44,789 nucleotides of DNA from a virus (taxonomy: Duplodnaviria; Caudoviricetes): the IMG/VR virus record IMGVR_UViG_3300048854_000124, positions 1 to 44,789 of that record; one strand, given 5' to 3'. The notes under the pieces were generated by a model. The model did not search any database. It was given only the letters and a program-made list of their open reading frames with translations, and was not told the DNA's origin. The stretch's first letter is position 1, and every line of letters begins with the position of its first letter. Shown here one piece after another: positions 36,649-44,789 of this stretch. Position numbers and translations under genes: made by a program.

Positions 36649-37164
36649 ATGACCTGCAGATATAGCGGCACTGATTGGCTCGATGTCTTGTACACGGCCG
36701 TACGCAGTACCCCCGGCGGAGTCGCGGACGCAGCGGCATTCCTGACCAATCGTCGTGGCAAGAGCATTGGCACTGAGTCGCTGCGCCTGCGCCTGCGCGG
36801 CGAAGGCGAAAACCGCCTGTCCATGGAGATGTTCGAGTTGTTGCTCGAGTGGATGGAAGAGAAGCGGCAGCCGCAATACCTTGATGCACTTTGTGCACTC
36901 AATGAGCGATTCGGCTTGAGCGCCAGTCCCGCTACAGAGCAGGACTCACCCGGCACCGTCGAGGCTGTTGCGCTCGCCGCGTCAGAAGCCGCGCAGCGAT
37001 CTGGCGATGTCTCGAGTGTCGTGATCGATGCAATCTCGGATGGGCGAATCACCCCACACGAGGCCGACTCCATAGCCTTGGCTGCGAGGGAAAACCAGAA
37101 ATTGCTCGACCGACTCCTGCGCACGGTGCAGGCTGTTAGCAGGATGGGACGTCGATCAGCATGA
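36649..37164 (+). CDS. CII-like phage regulatory protein
   Basis: DGRITPHEAD C-terminal motif; position after cro. Confidence 0.6.
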   Translation: MTCRYSGTDWLDVLYTAVRSTPGGVADAAAFLTNRRGKSIGTESLRLRLRGEGENRLSMEMFELLLEWMEEKRQPQYLDALCALNERFGLSASPATEQDSPGTVEAVALAASEAAQRSGDVSSVVIDAISDGRITPHEADSIALAARENQKLLDRLLRTVQAVSRMGRRSA

Positions 37165-37541
37165 GGTTTTGCGCCGGAATGTCATGCTGCAACCCGCACC
37201 GCGAGCGCGTCGAATTGTCCTGCGACGTCAACCAGCAACTCGCGTGCGGCATGTCCGCGCTGCAGTGGCTCGCCGATAGAGATCCTCATCAGGTGCCGCA
37301 ATTCCTTGCGTCACTCATCAATACCTTTCCGACAAACCTCGCGCTGATTCGCCAGGCAGCATTACGCGCGGCGGTTGTTCCTGTGTTCGTACAGCGGGCC
37401 GCATTGATCTGCGCGGCGCTGCCGACAAAATCCGAGCGACATGACTTCAGGCGCCAGCTGGAGGGCGGGCTCACGCCTGCCGATCTGGAGCGTTTCGATC
37501 AGCTCATGTCGGCGGAATGGCGCCGCCTTCGCGGCAAGTAA
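37161..37541 (+). CDS. Hypothetical phage protein
   Basis: 126 aa; ATGA coupling. Confidence 0.6.
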   Translation: MRFCAGMSCCNPHRERVELSCDVNQQLACGMSALQWLADRDPHQVPQFLASLINTFPTNLALIRQAALRAAVVPVFVQRAALICAALPTKSERHDFRRQLEGGLTPADLERFDQLMSAEWRRLRGK

Positions 37542-37557
37542 CCAAGGGGACACCAAA

Positions 37558-37716
37558 GTGACTTTGCGCGGTGCGAGTTCCTTGCTTCGCCGTTGTAATC
37601 CTTCGTTCGGGCGCCTGTCGTCCGGCCCACAGACGTACGTCGCCGGTCGTGCGGTGTGGCGTGCGTTTTCCCATCAACGTGAACGCCAAAGGAGAATCAA
37701 CGAATGTCAACGTTAG
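37558..37716 (+). CDS. Small hypothetical protein
   Basis: GTG start after AAGGGGA; overlaps the primase start. Confidence 0.4.
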   Translation: MTLRGASSLLRRCNPSFGRLSSGPQTYVAGRAVWRAFSHQRERQRRINECQR

Positions 37717-40394
37717 AGCAGATCGTTCAGCAGCTCGCGGCGGACGGTCATCCCAGGCTGCCTGACGGCCATCCGATTGCTGACGGCAAACCGCATCGGT
37801 ATGGAGCGGGCAAAAAGTATTGGTATTCGCTGCACCAGATCGAGCGTTCCGGCAAGGTTCTCGGCTACACGGGCGCATTCGGGCGCTGGTCGGGCAATGA
37901 TAATGGTGCGCAACCTTTCCAGTGGCACGGCGAGGCACTTACGCAGGAAGACGTCAACGCGGCACGCCAGCGTCAGCATGCGGCGGAACGGGCGGAAGCA
38001 GAGAGGAAGGCGCAAGCGGCAAAGCTCGCCGCGAATCGAGCGCGCGATCAATGGCACAAGGCAAACGACGACGGCGTGTCCGCCTACCTCGACAGGAAGC
38101 AGATCACGCCTGAGGGCGTGCGTTTCGACGCCGAGGGCACATTGCTTGTTCCGATGTTTCAGTACACCGCCACCATCCGGCTTGTCGGGCTGCAGAAGAT
38201 TACGCCCAATGGCGCGAAGCGCTTCAACAAAGGGATGGAAAAGAAAGGCGCGGCTTACCTGCTCGGTGACATAGGCGGGGATGACAAGGTCGCGATGATC
38301 GCGGAGGGCTACGCTACGGCCCGATCGATCCGGATGGCTACCAATGAGGCAATCCCGCTTGTGATCTGCTTTGACGCTGGCGGCATTCTTTCGGCTGCGC
38401 GTCATCTGCGCGAACGCTATCCCGATCTCCATGTGCTGGTGTGCGCCGACGACGACTGGAAGATTGAGCAGCGCCTGCGCGACTGCCTTCTGGAAGACTT
38501 CGGCTATAGCGGAGAGCTGGTGCCCGGTGGCGACGCAGTCCGCGTCGAGATAACGAACACCTGGTACATGCTGCGCGCCGAGCGCAAACAGACCAATGGC
38601 GGCATCGAGTTCCTCGAGCTGACGATCTGGAATGACGTCATGCCGGAGCGTCGCAGACGCTTCGAGAATGCGGGACTGAAGTATGCATACGAAGCGGTCG
38701 CGGACATCGGGCACGCAAGCGTGGTGTATCCGCGCTTCACCAATCGCGGTGACCGCAAACTGACAGACTTCAATGATCTGCATTGCACCGAAGGGCTCGA
38801 AAGCGTGCGCCAGCAGATCCAGTCGGCGCTACTCGCCGCGTTGGCGCCAGCAACAGAAGATGTTTCGCTGACTACTGTGATGCAGGACCAATATCTTGCT
38901 GCCGACCCTTTGTATGACCGCGCAGTAGCGGTCGTGCGGAATGCAACTCGCGCGTCTGTGTCGCTTGTGCAGCGTGCATTGAGTATCGGCTTCAATCGTG
39001 CGGCCCGGCTGATTGAACGCATGGCCGTCGAGGGCATCGTTTCGGATGAGCATCCGAATGGAACGCGCTCTGTACTCGGCATCGCGGAAGCGGAATCCGC
39101 GACGTCCGCTGGCGCTGCGACCGACGATGCGCCCAATCACGATGTTGAAAACGGCGCGCACACGTGGGAGCGCGATCTTGCGCGTTCCGAAAAAGGCAAT
39201 TTGCTCCCTACGCTCGGCAACGTGCATCTGATCCTGTCGAATCACAAGGCATGGCAGGGTGTTATCGCGCAGGACGATTTCGCCGGCCGGGTCATGAAGC
39301 GGAAGCGGCCACCGTTCGCGCAAGGCGAGACCGGTGAGTGGTCAGACATGGATGACATTCGCTGCGTGCTCTGGTTGTCGCAGAAATACGGCATCTCCGT
39401 GCGACAGGACATCGTGATGAACGCAGTGCTGCTGGTCGCCGATGCGACGCACTTTCACGATGTACGCGAATACCTCGAGGGCGTTGTCTGGGATGGTATC
39501 GAACGCGTGCGCAGCTGGCCGACGCGCTATATGAAAGTGGCGGACAGCGAATACGTCCAGCTGGCTGGTATGAAGTGGCTCATTGCAGCAGTCGCGCGCG
39601 TGATGCGTCCAGGCTGTAAGGCCGACAACGTACTGATTCTCGAAGGCAGGCAGGGTTGGTTCAAGTCGACGGCGCTGGAAGTGATCGCGGGCAAACCGTG
39701 GTACACGAACTCGCCGATCCGCATTGGCGACAAGGATACCTACGCCGTCATGGCGGGCAAGTGGATCATCGAACTGGCGGAGCTAGACTCGCTCAACAAA
39801 AGCGATTCGTCGGCCGCCAAAAGCTTCTTCGCGACCGAGACGGACCGGTTCCGCAACTTCTATGGCAAGCGTGCAACGGACGTGCACCGGCAGGGTGTGT
39901 TCGCCGGTTCGGTCAACTTCGACACGTACCTCAAGGATGAATCGGGCAATCGCCGTTACTGGCCGCTGCGTGTCGGCGGACCGATTCTGATTGACGATCT
40001 TCGCCGGGACCGCGACCAGCTGTGGGCCGAGGCGGTGCATCTCTACCGGCAAGGCGTCATCTGGCACGTAACGGAAGCGGAGAAGCCGCTGTTCGAAAGC
40101 GAACAGGCTGAGCGCTATGAAGGTGACGTGTACGAGGACCGCATCGCGCGTGATCTTGAACTTCGGGGGCGCGTCACAATGGAAGAGATTCTGGCTGACA
40201 TCCTGAAGCTCGACACGTCCAAGTGGACGCCGCCCGAGCAGCGGCGGGTCGGCAAGGCATTGAAGTCACTCGGCTGGGTGCGCAAGCGGGAATCGACAGG
40301 CCGTCGTGAATGGTTTTATGTGAAGGAAGAGGAAGTCCCGCAGCCGGCCACCGAACTCATAACCGAAGGTGCCGACGATGATGCGCCGCTTTGA
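37704..40394 (+). CDS. Replication protein: Toprim primase, FtsK gamma domain and VirE/VapE NTPase (helicase)
   Basis: AEGYATA, CADDD and TDFNDL (Toprim); DPLYDRAV...[21 protein letters not shown] (FtsK gamma); GRQGWFKST Walker A, ELAELD and GNRRYWP (VirE). Confidence 0.88.
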   Translation: MSTLEQIVQQLAADGHPRLPDGHPIADGKPHRYGAGKKYWYSLHQIERSGKVLGYTGAFGRWSGNDNGAQPFQWHGEALTQEDVNAARQRQHAAERAEAERKAQAAKLAANRARDQWHKANDDGVSAYLDRKQITPEGVRFDAEGTLLVPMFQYTATIRLVGLQKITPNGAKRFNKGMEKKGAAYLLGDIGGDDKVAMIAEGYATARSIRMATNEAIPLVICFDAGGILSAARHLRERYPDLHVLVCADDDWKIEQRLRDCLLEDFGYSGELVPGGDAVRVEITNTWYMLRAERKQTNGGIEFLELTIWNDVMPERRRRFENAGLKYAYEAVADIGHASVVYPRFTNRGDRKLTDFNDLHCTEGLESVRQQIQSALLAALAPATEDVSLTTVMQDQYLAADPLYDRAVAVVRNATRASVSLVQRALSIGFNRAARLIERMAVEGIVSDEHPNGTRSVLGIAEAESATSAGAATDDAPNHDVENGAHTWERDLARSEKGNLLPTLGNVHLILSNHKAWQGVIAQDDFAGRVMKRKRPPFAQGETGEWSDMDDIRCVLWLSQKYGISVRQDIVMNAVLLVADATHFHDVREYLEGVVWDGIERVRSWPTRYMKVADSEYVQLAGMKWLIAAVARVMRPGCKADNVLILEGRQGWFKSTALEVIAGKPWYTNSPIRIGDKDTYAVMAGKWIIELAELDSLNKSDSSAAKSFFATETDRFRNFYGKRATDVHRQGVFAGSVNFDTYLKDESGNRRYWPLRVGGPILIDDLRRDRDQLWAEAVHLYRQGVIWHVTEAEKPLFESEQAERYEGDVYEDRIARDLELRGRVTMEEILADILKLDTSKWTPPEQRRVGKALKSLGWVRKRESTGRREWFYVKEEEVPQPATELITEGADDDAPL

Positions 40395-40486
40395 TCCGCA
40401 TCTTTTCCGGCGCGCTGATAGCCCATCCTCGGCGCGCGCTCGCGCCAGCTTTGGCGCGCTGCGTTCTGGGGCTTCAGACCGTCTCG

Positions 40487-40617
40487 TGTCCCAACGTCCC
40501 AAGCGGCCACCTTGCGTGTGCGCGCACACCTGCGACATGCGCGACGTGAGGGTGCGCATGTCGCGGGCGCGCACGCGCCCACAAGCCTTTCCTTTGGGAC
40601 ATTAGGACATTGGGACA
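40487..40617. repeat. Inverted sets of 8-bp repeats, candidate replication origin
   Basis: TGTCCCAA-CGTCCCAA (40487-40502) versus TTGGGACA-TTAGGACA-TTGGGACA (40594-40617). Confidence 0.55.
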
Positions 40618-40631
40618 ATAAGGGGTAGACG

Positions 40632-41414
40632 ATGATCGACCTTAAAGAGCAAGCCGGCGTGGCGATGAATGTTCGCAGTCAATTGGGCGAACCGACAGGC
40701 GATCCAAAAGTAACTTTGGGTGCACTTGCGTTCGCCGCCGAACTTGGAAGCCTGTTGTGGCGAATGAAGTACGGTCAGGACGTGAAGCGGAAAGGGTTGC
40801 GGCGTGCAACGCTATTACTTGCGAACCGCGTCCGCTGGTCGGGAAAGTTCTCACGCGGAAAATTCACCGGCCTCGATCGGAAAGAGAACCGCGCTCGCCG
40901 GTCGGGACATGAGTTCGAGCGTTCTCATGCGGATATCGTTGAGCGGTTCGCTCAACGCGCAATCGTGGAGTGGGTGGCTGACCGCTGTCCGCATTGTGAA
41001 GGTCGCGGGGTGTTTGGCCGTTCTGGCAAACCTCCCTCTGCGAAAGTCATCGAGTCGGAATGTCCAACATGCCAAGGCGAACGCTCCGTCGTAGTCAGTG
41101 AAGAGCGCATTCCATTTGCCCACAATGGTCGTGCGCCGATGGTCTTTCGCGAATATCAACGGTGCGACACGTGCAACGGACGCGGATCGATTCATAAAGA
41201 GCAAAAGCCCAGTCGTGATGGCCGCCAGATCTGTCCGCATTGCGGCGGCACCGCACGGTTGGCGGTCGACGACGCCGAACGTGCCTTGGCGCTCGGCGTG
41301 TCGATCGAACTCTATCGCGCGCAATGGGAACGATACTTTCACATGGTCTTCTCGATGCTCGATAAGGTGGATGGCAGTGCGGCAGACACAGTCCGCAGGC
41401 AGATGCGAGTATGA
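40632..41414 (+). CDS. Q-like late antiterminator with CxxCxGxG zinc fingers
   Basis: Four CxxCxG motifs; lies just before a strong promoter-terminator unit. Confidence 0.65.
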   Translation: MIDLKEQAGVAMNVRSQLGEPTGDPKVTLGALAFAAELGSLLWRMKYGQDVKRKGLRRATLLLANRVRWSGKFSRGKFTGLDRKENRARRSGHEFERSHADIVERFAQRAIVEWVADRCPHCEGRGVFGRSGKPPSAKVIESECPTCQGERSVVVSEERIPFAHNGRAPMVFREYQRCDTCNGRGSIHKEQKPSRDGRQICPHCGGTARLAVDDAERALALGVSIELYRAQWERYFHMVFSMLDKVDGSAADTVRRQMRV

Positions 41415-41419
41415 AATTC

Positions 41420-41448
41420 TTGCAAATCAAGATTCGATCGAATATATT
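41420..41448 (+). promoter_or_regulatory. Late promoter, pR'-like
   Basis: TTGCAA-17 bp-TATATT. Confidence 0.65.
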
Positions 41449-41587
41449 TCGGCCATCCTTTACCGAGTCACTGGATACATGGAGCGCCCGCCAACTCGTG
41501 GTGCAACCCTCTCGGCGACATAAAAATAAAAACTGGAGCCCGTTAGGTCATGTGGAGGCGTGCGCCTTCACGAAACACAGAATCGTC

Positions 41588-41619
41588 AAGCCCTGATCGC
41601 GAAAGCGTCGGGGCTTTTT
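41588..41619 (+). terminator. tR'-like terminator
   Basis: AAGCCCTGA...TCGGGGCTTTTT. Confidence 0.7.
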
Positions 41620-41633
41620 GCATTGGGCTTCGT

Positions 41634-42389
41634 ATGGATCATGTGACCGCGCAGGTTAAAGCGTTGCCGCTGTTACAAGCGCTTGAAGCGAAAGCGGGCA
41701 AACAGTTCGTGTACGCCGCGCGCAGTGCGCTCAACATCGTCGCGCAGAACATCGTCCTCGCGCAGCAACGCGAGATGCGTGACGTATTTGATCGACCGAC
41801 GACATGGACGTTGAACTCGGTGTCGATCATCCAGCGCGCAAGTTCGGCGCAACCAAGTGCGCAGATCGGTTTCCGCCAGTTCGCATATAAGGGCACGCCG
41901 GCCGCGACGTACCTGCAGCCTCAGGTGTTCGGAGGTTCGCGCGGCTACACCCGATTCGAGCAGATGCTCTCGCTGTCGGGCGCGTTGCCGAACGGCGACT
42001 ATGCGATGCCGACGAACGCTAACGTGCGTGACGCGTTCGGCAATGTGCCGCGTGGCATCTACTCGTCGGTGGCCTCGCAGATCCGCGCGTCACGTGACAG
42101 CGCGCAGAACGAAACGGCACGCTCGAAGAAGCGCAAGCCGCGCGATCCGGCAAAGGGTGTGCGTTACTTCGTTGGCAAGCCCGCCGGTGGCCGGTTCGCT
42201 CTCGGCATCTGGGCGCGGTACGCGTTCGGCCACGGCAGCGCAATCCGCCCTGTGTTCGCGTTCAGCGCGACGCCGCATTACGAAGAGCGTTACCCGTTCT
42301 ATGATGTAGCAGAGCAGACTGTCGACGCGACGCTCGAACCTGCAATGCAGCAGGCGTTGATGATGGCACTTGCCACCGCGCGATGGTGA
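41634..42389 (+). CDS. Conserved phage late protein (possible tail completion / neck)
   Basis: FDRPTTWTLNS and YLQPQVFGGSR motifs; basic; first late gene. Confidence 0.6.
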   Translation: MDHVTAQVKALPLLQALEAKAGKQFVYAARSALNIVAQNIVLAQQREMRDVFDRPTTWTLNSVSIIQRASSAQPSAQIGFRQFAYKGTPAATYLQPQVFGGSRGYTRFEQMLSLSGALPNGDYAMPTNANVRDAFGNVPRGIYSSVASQIRASRDSAQNETARSKKRKPRDPAKGVRYFVGKPAGGRFALGIWARYAFGHGSAIRPVFAFSATPHYEERYPFYDVAEQTVDATLEPAMQQALMMALATARW

Positions 42390-42419
42390 CGGGCGTGCCC
42401 GTGTCACGAGTCGTCCGTG

Positions 42420-42560
42420 GGGTCGTGGGTCCTTACTGAAAGGGCGGGTATGCGGGTAATTCGAGCCCCATCACACGCGTCGTCAAAGCAACTTTTCAGG
42501 GTAGTCACTCTGGTAGTCAGGTAGTCATTCTGGGGGTAGTCGGGTAGTCACCGACTGCCC
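42420..42560. other. Candidate cos / packaging-initiation region
   Basis: Intergenic region before terS; GGGTCCT at 42428; five GGTAGTC repeats (42500, 42512, 42520, 42535, 42543). Confidence 0.5.
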
Positions 42561-42581
42561 CTTTTCGTTTCTGGAGGCCGC

Positions 42582-43229
42582 ATGGCCAAGCTTGGGCAAA
42601 GGGCGTTTGCCCGGCACATCGGCGTGACGCTGCGCGCGGTGCAGAAAGCGATCCAGTCCGGACGCATTGCTGTCGATGCAGACGGCAAGATCGATGCCGA
42701 TGCGGCTGTTGCGGCCTGGCGTCGCAACACGGACGAGTCGCGGCGCTCGATCACCGACCAGTCCCGCCCATCGCTCGCGAATGCCGCGTTTTCAATGCCG
42801 TCTCCTCCGGCTAATCCTGACGACGATGAGGAAGACGACGACGTTCCTGCTGCCGCGAGCAGGGAAGACCCTTCGATGGTCGCCTATCGCGCTGCGCGGG
42901 CGGCGAGAGAGCAGACGCGGCTCGAGCGCGAGCGCATGGACCTCGAGCGCGAGCGCGGCACGACGCTGCCGCTCGCTGACGCGCAGCGCCTCGCCTTCAC
43001 CGCGTTTCGCACGGTGCGCGATAACGTGATGAACATTCCTGTTCGCCTGAAAGATGCGCTTGCTGCAGAGACTGATCCGGTCAGGGTCGAGTCGATGCTC
43101 GATACGGAGCTCGTTCGCGCGCTCGCGTCTGTGGATGCGACGGCGCTCCTGAGCGAAAACGATATGGATGACGCCGATGGGAGCGACCGAAGCATTTCTG
43201 AAGACGATCACGGAGGCGATACGGCCTGA
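42582..43229 (+). CDS. Terminase small subunit
   Basis: N-terminal wHTH (GQRAFARHIGVTLRAVQKAIQSGRI), coiled coil; overlaps the terL start. Confidence 0.85.
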   Translation: MAKLGQRAFARHIGVTLRAVQKAIQSGRIAVDADGKIDADAAVAAWRRNTDESRRSITDQSRPSLANAAFSMPSPPANPDDDEEDDDVPAAASREDPSMVAYRAARAAREQTRLERERMDLERERGTTLPLADAQRLAFTAFRTVRDNVMNIPVRLKDALAAETDPVRVESMLDTELVRALASVDATALLSENDMDDADGSDRSISEDDHGGDTA

Positions 43230-44789
43230 CCGGCGGATCGGCATCGCCGAATGGTCAGAGAAGCATCGCGTCCTGCCGGAGAGCAGCCCTGAACCCGGCA
43301 AGTGGCGCAACGAGCGCACGCCGTACCTTGTCGGCATCATGGATGCGCTCTCGGGTCAGGCAAGCGCTGTTACGCGCTACGCGCACGACGATGACCGGCC
43401 GTTCGATAACAGCCGCGTCATTACTGTCGGCCTCATGAAGGGGCACCAGCTCGGCGGCTCGGCGCTCGGCGAAAACTTCATTGGCCGCTGTATCACAACG
43501 GCGGCCGGCAACATCCTCGCGGTGTTTGCAACATACGACGACGCCGAGAAGTGGGAAATGGACCGCTTCGAGCCGATGCGCTCGTCGACGCCGGATCTGC
43601 GCCGCCGTGTGCGCGACGCGATGAAGAAGGGCAGCGAGAACACCAAGCTGCGCAAGAAATTCCCTGGCGGACTGATGAACCTCGTCAGCGCGACAAGAGC
43701 AGGGCGTCTGAAGTCGACGACGGTGCGCTACGTGCTGCTTGAGGAAATCGACGAGTACGTGCTCAACGTCGATGGCCAGGGCAACCCGATCGAGCTCGCG
43801 AGAAACCGCACAAGTAACTTTGGCCGTCGCGCAAAAATCTTTGCCAATAGCACGCCAACCATCAAGCGGCGCTCGCAGATCGAGAAGCTGTACGAGACCG
43901 GCGATCAGCGGCGCTATTTCATCCATTGTCCGGACTGCGGCTCGCCGCAGTTCTTCGACTGGCGCAAGGGCATGCGCCGCTCGCCCGACGATCCGGGTGT
44001 CGTGCTGTATTACTGCCAGACCGGCTGCGGTGCGGGTAATCCTGAAAGTGTCTGGAAAACGCGAGGCTACGAAGGCGCCTACTGGATGCCGACGGCACCC
44101 GGTGATGGCAAGACCGCCAGCTTCCACCTCAGTGCGTTGTACGCGCCGCTCGGATGGCGTCCGTGGTCCGAACTCATGGACGACTGGGAAGCCGCTCAGA
44201 CCGACACCGAAAAAATGATCGCGTTCGTCAACAACGCGCTCGCCGAGTGTTGGGAAGACAAGAGCGCGGAGATGAAGTGGGAGACGATCAAGCGTCGTGC
44301 CGAACCGTACAGGCTGCGCACGATCCCGGCCGGTTGCCTGCTGCTGACCTGTGCGGTCGACACGCAGAACGACCGCCTCGAAGTCGAAATCTCCGGCTGG
44401 GGGCGCGGCCTGCGCAACTGGACAGTCGACCACGTTGTCTTTCGGGGTGACCCGGCGCTGCCGGACGTGTGGAACCAGCTCGACAGGTATCTCGACACGC
44501 CGATCGTCAACCAGTTTGGTGTATCGATGCGCATCGAACTATGCGCTGTCGACTCCGGCGGCAGTCGCACGCAGGACGTGTACGACTATTGCCGGCTGCG
44601 GCGCCATCGTGGTGTGTTCGCCATCAAGGGTGCGAAGGAGAAGCACAAGCCGATCATCGGTCGCCCGACCGATCAGGATGTGACGGTCAAGGGCAAGACC
44701 TATCCGAACGGCGTCAAGCTCTGGCCGGTCGGCACCGACACCGCGAAGAGCCGCATCTTCGGTGCGCTGCTCGGCGACGAGGAGCGCGA
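43177..44789 (+). CDS. Terminase large subunit (lambda gpA family), N-terminal part; about 684 aa in total across the join
   Basis: GKWRNERTPYL, KGHQLGGS Walker A-like, LLEEIDEY Walker B and STPT; continues at 1..569. Confidence 0.93.
   Translation, partial: MGATEAFLKTITEAIRPDRRIGIAEWSEKHRVLPESSPEPGKWRNERTPYLVGIMDALSGQASAVTRYAHDDDRPFDNSRVITVGLMKGHQLGGSALGENFIGRCITTAAGNILAVFATYDDAEKWEMDRFEPMRSSTPDLRRRVRDAMKKGSENTKLRKKFPGGLMNLVSATRAGRLKSTTVRYVLLEEIDEYVLNVDGQGNPIELARNRTSNFGRRAKIFANSTPTIKRRSQIEKLYETGDQRRYFIHCPDCGSPQFFDWRKGMRRSPDDPGVVLYYCQTGCGAGNPESVWKTRGYEGAYWMPTAPGDGKTASFHLSALYAPLGWRPWSELMDDWEAAQTDTEKMIAFVNNALAECWEDKSAEMKWETIKRRAEPYRLRTIPAGCLLLTCAVDTQNDRLEVEISGWGRGLRNWTVDHVVFRGDPALPDVWNQLDRYLDTPIVNQFGVSMRIELCAVDSGGSRTQDVYDYCRLRRHRGVFAIKGAKEKHKPIIGRPTDQDVTVKGKTYPNGVKLWPVGTDTAKSRIFGALLGDEER

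Overview
This window is an apparently complete ~44.66 kb temperate, lambda-like long-tailed phage genome. It is assembled as a circle: bases 1-127 are identical to 44663-44789, and the large terminase gene runs across the join. High GC and the gene content suggest a Burkholderiaceae host (inference). Gene order: terminase, gpW, portal, fused protease-capsid, head-tail and tail genes with a -1 frameshifted chaperone, tape measure, tail tip and fibre genes including an SGNH-esterase spike, an opposite-strand acyltransferase-3 moron, lysis cassette, Dam-like methylase, an accessory island (LexA-boxed gene, 9-bp VNTR, Phd/RelE pair, Panacea antitoxin plus membrane partner, orphan histidine kinase), attP and integrase, DUF4145, degenerate brnT/brnA, GvpU-like gene, an early-left operon with xis and a ParB-like gene, a cI/cro switch with operators, a primase-FtsK-gamma-VirE fusion, a Q-like gene with pR'/tR', and a cos-like region. 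The strongest unexplained signal is the 11-bp palindrome AAAG-Y-N-R-CTTT, found in 13 copies spread around the genome in coding and non-coding DNA. It may be a dispersed binding-site network, with the ParA-less ParB-like protein as a candidate reader. A duplicated att half-site bracketing the histidine kinase suggests how that cargo was captured. All family calls come from motif recognition by eye; no database searches were run.
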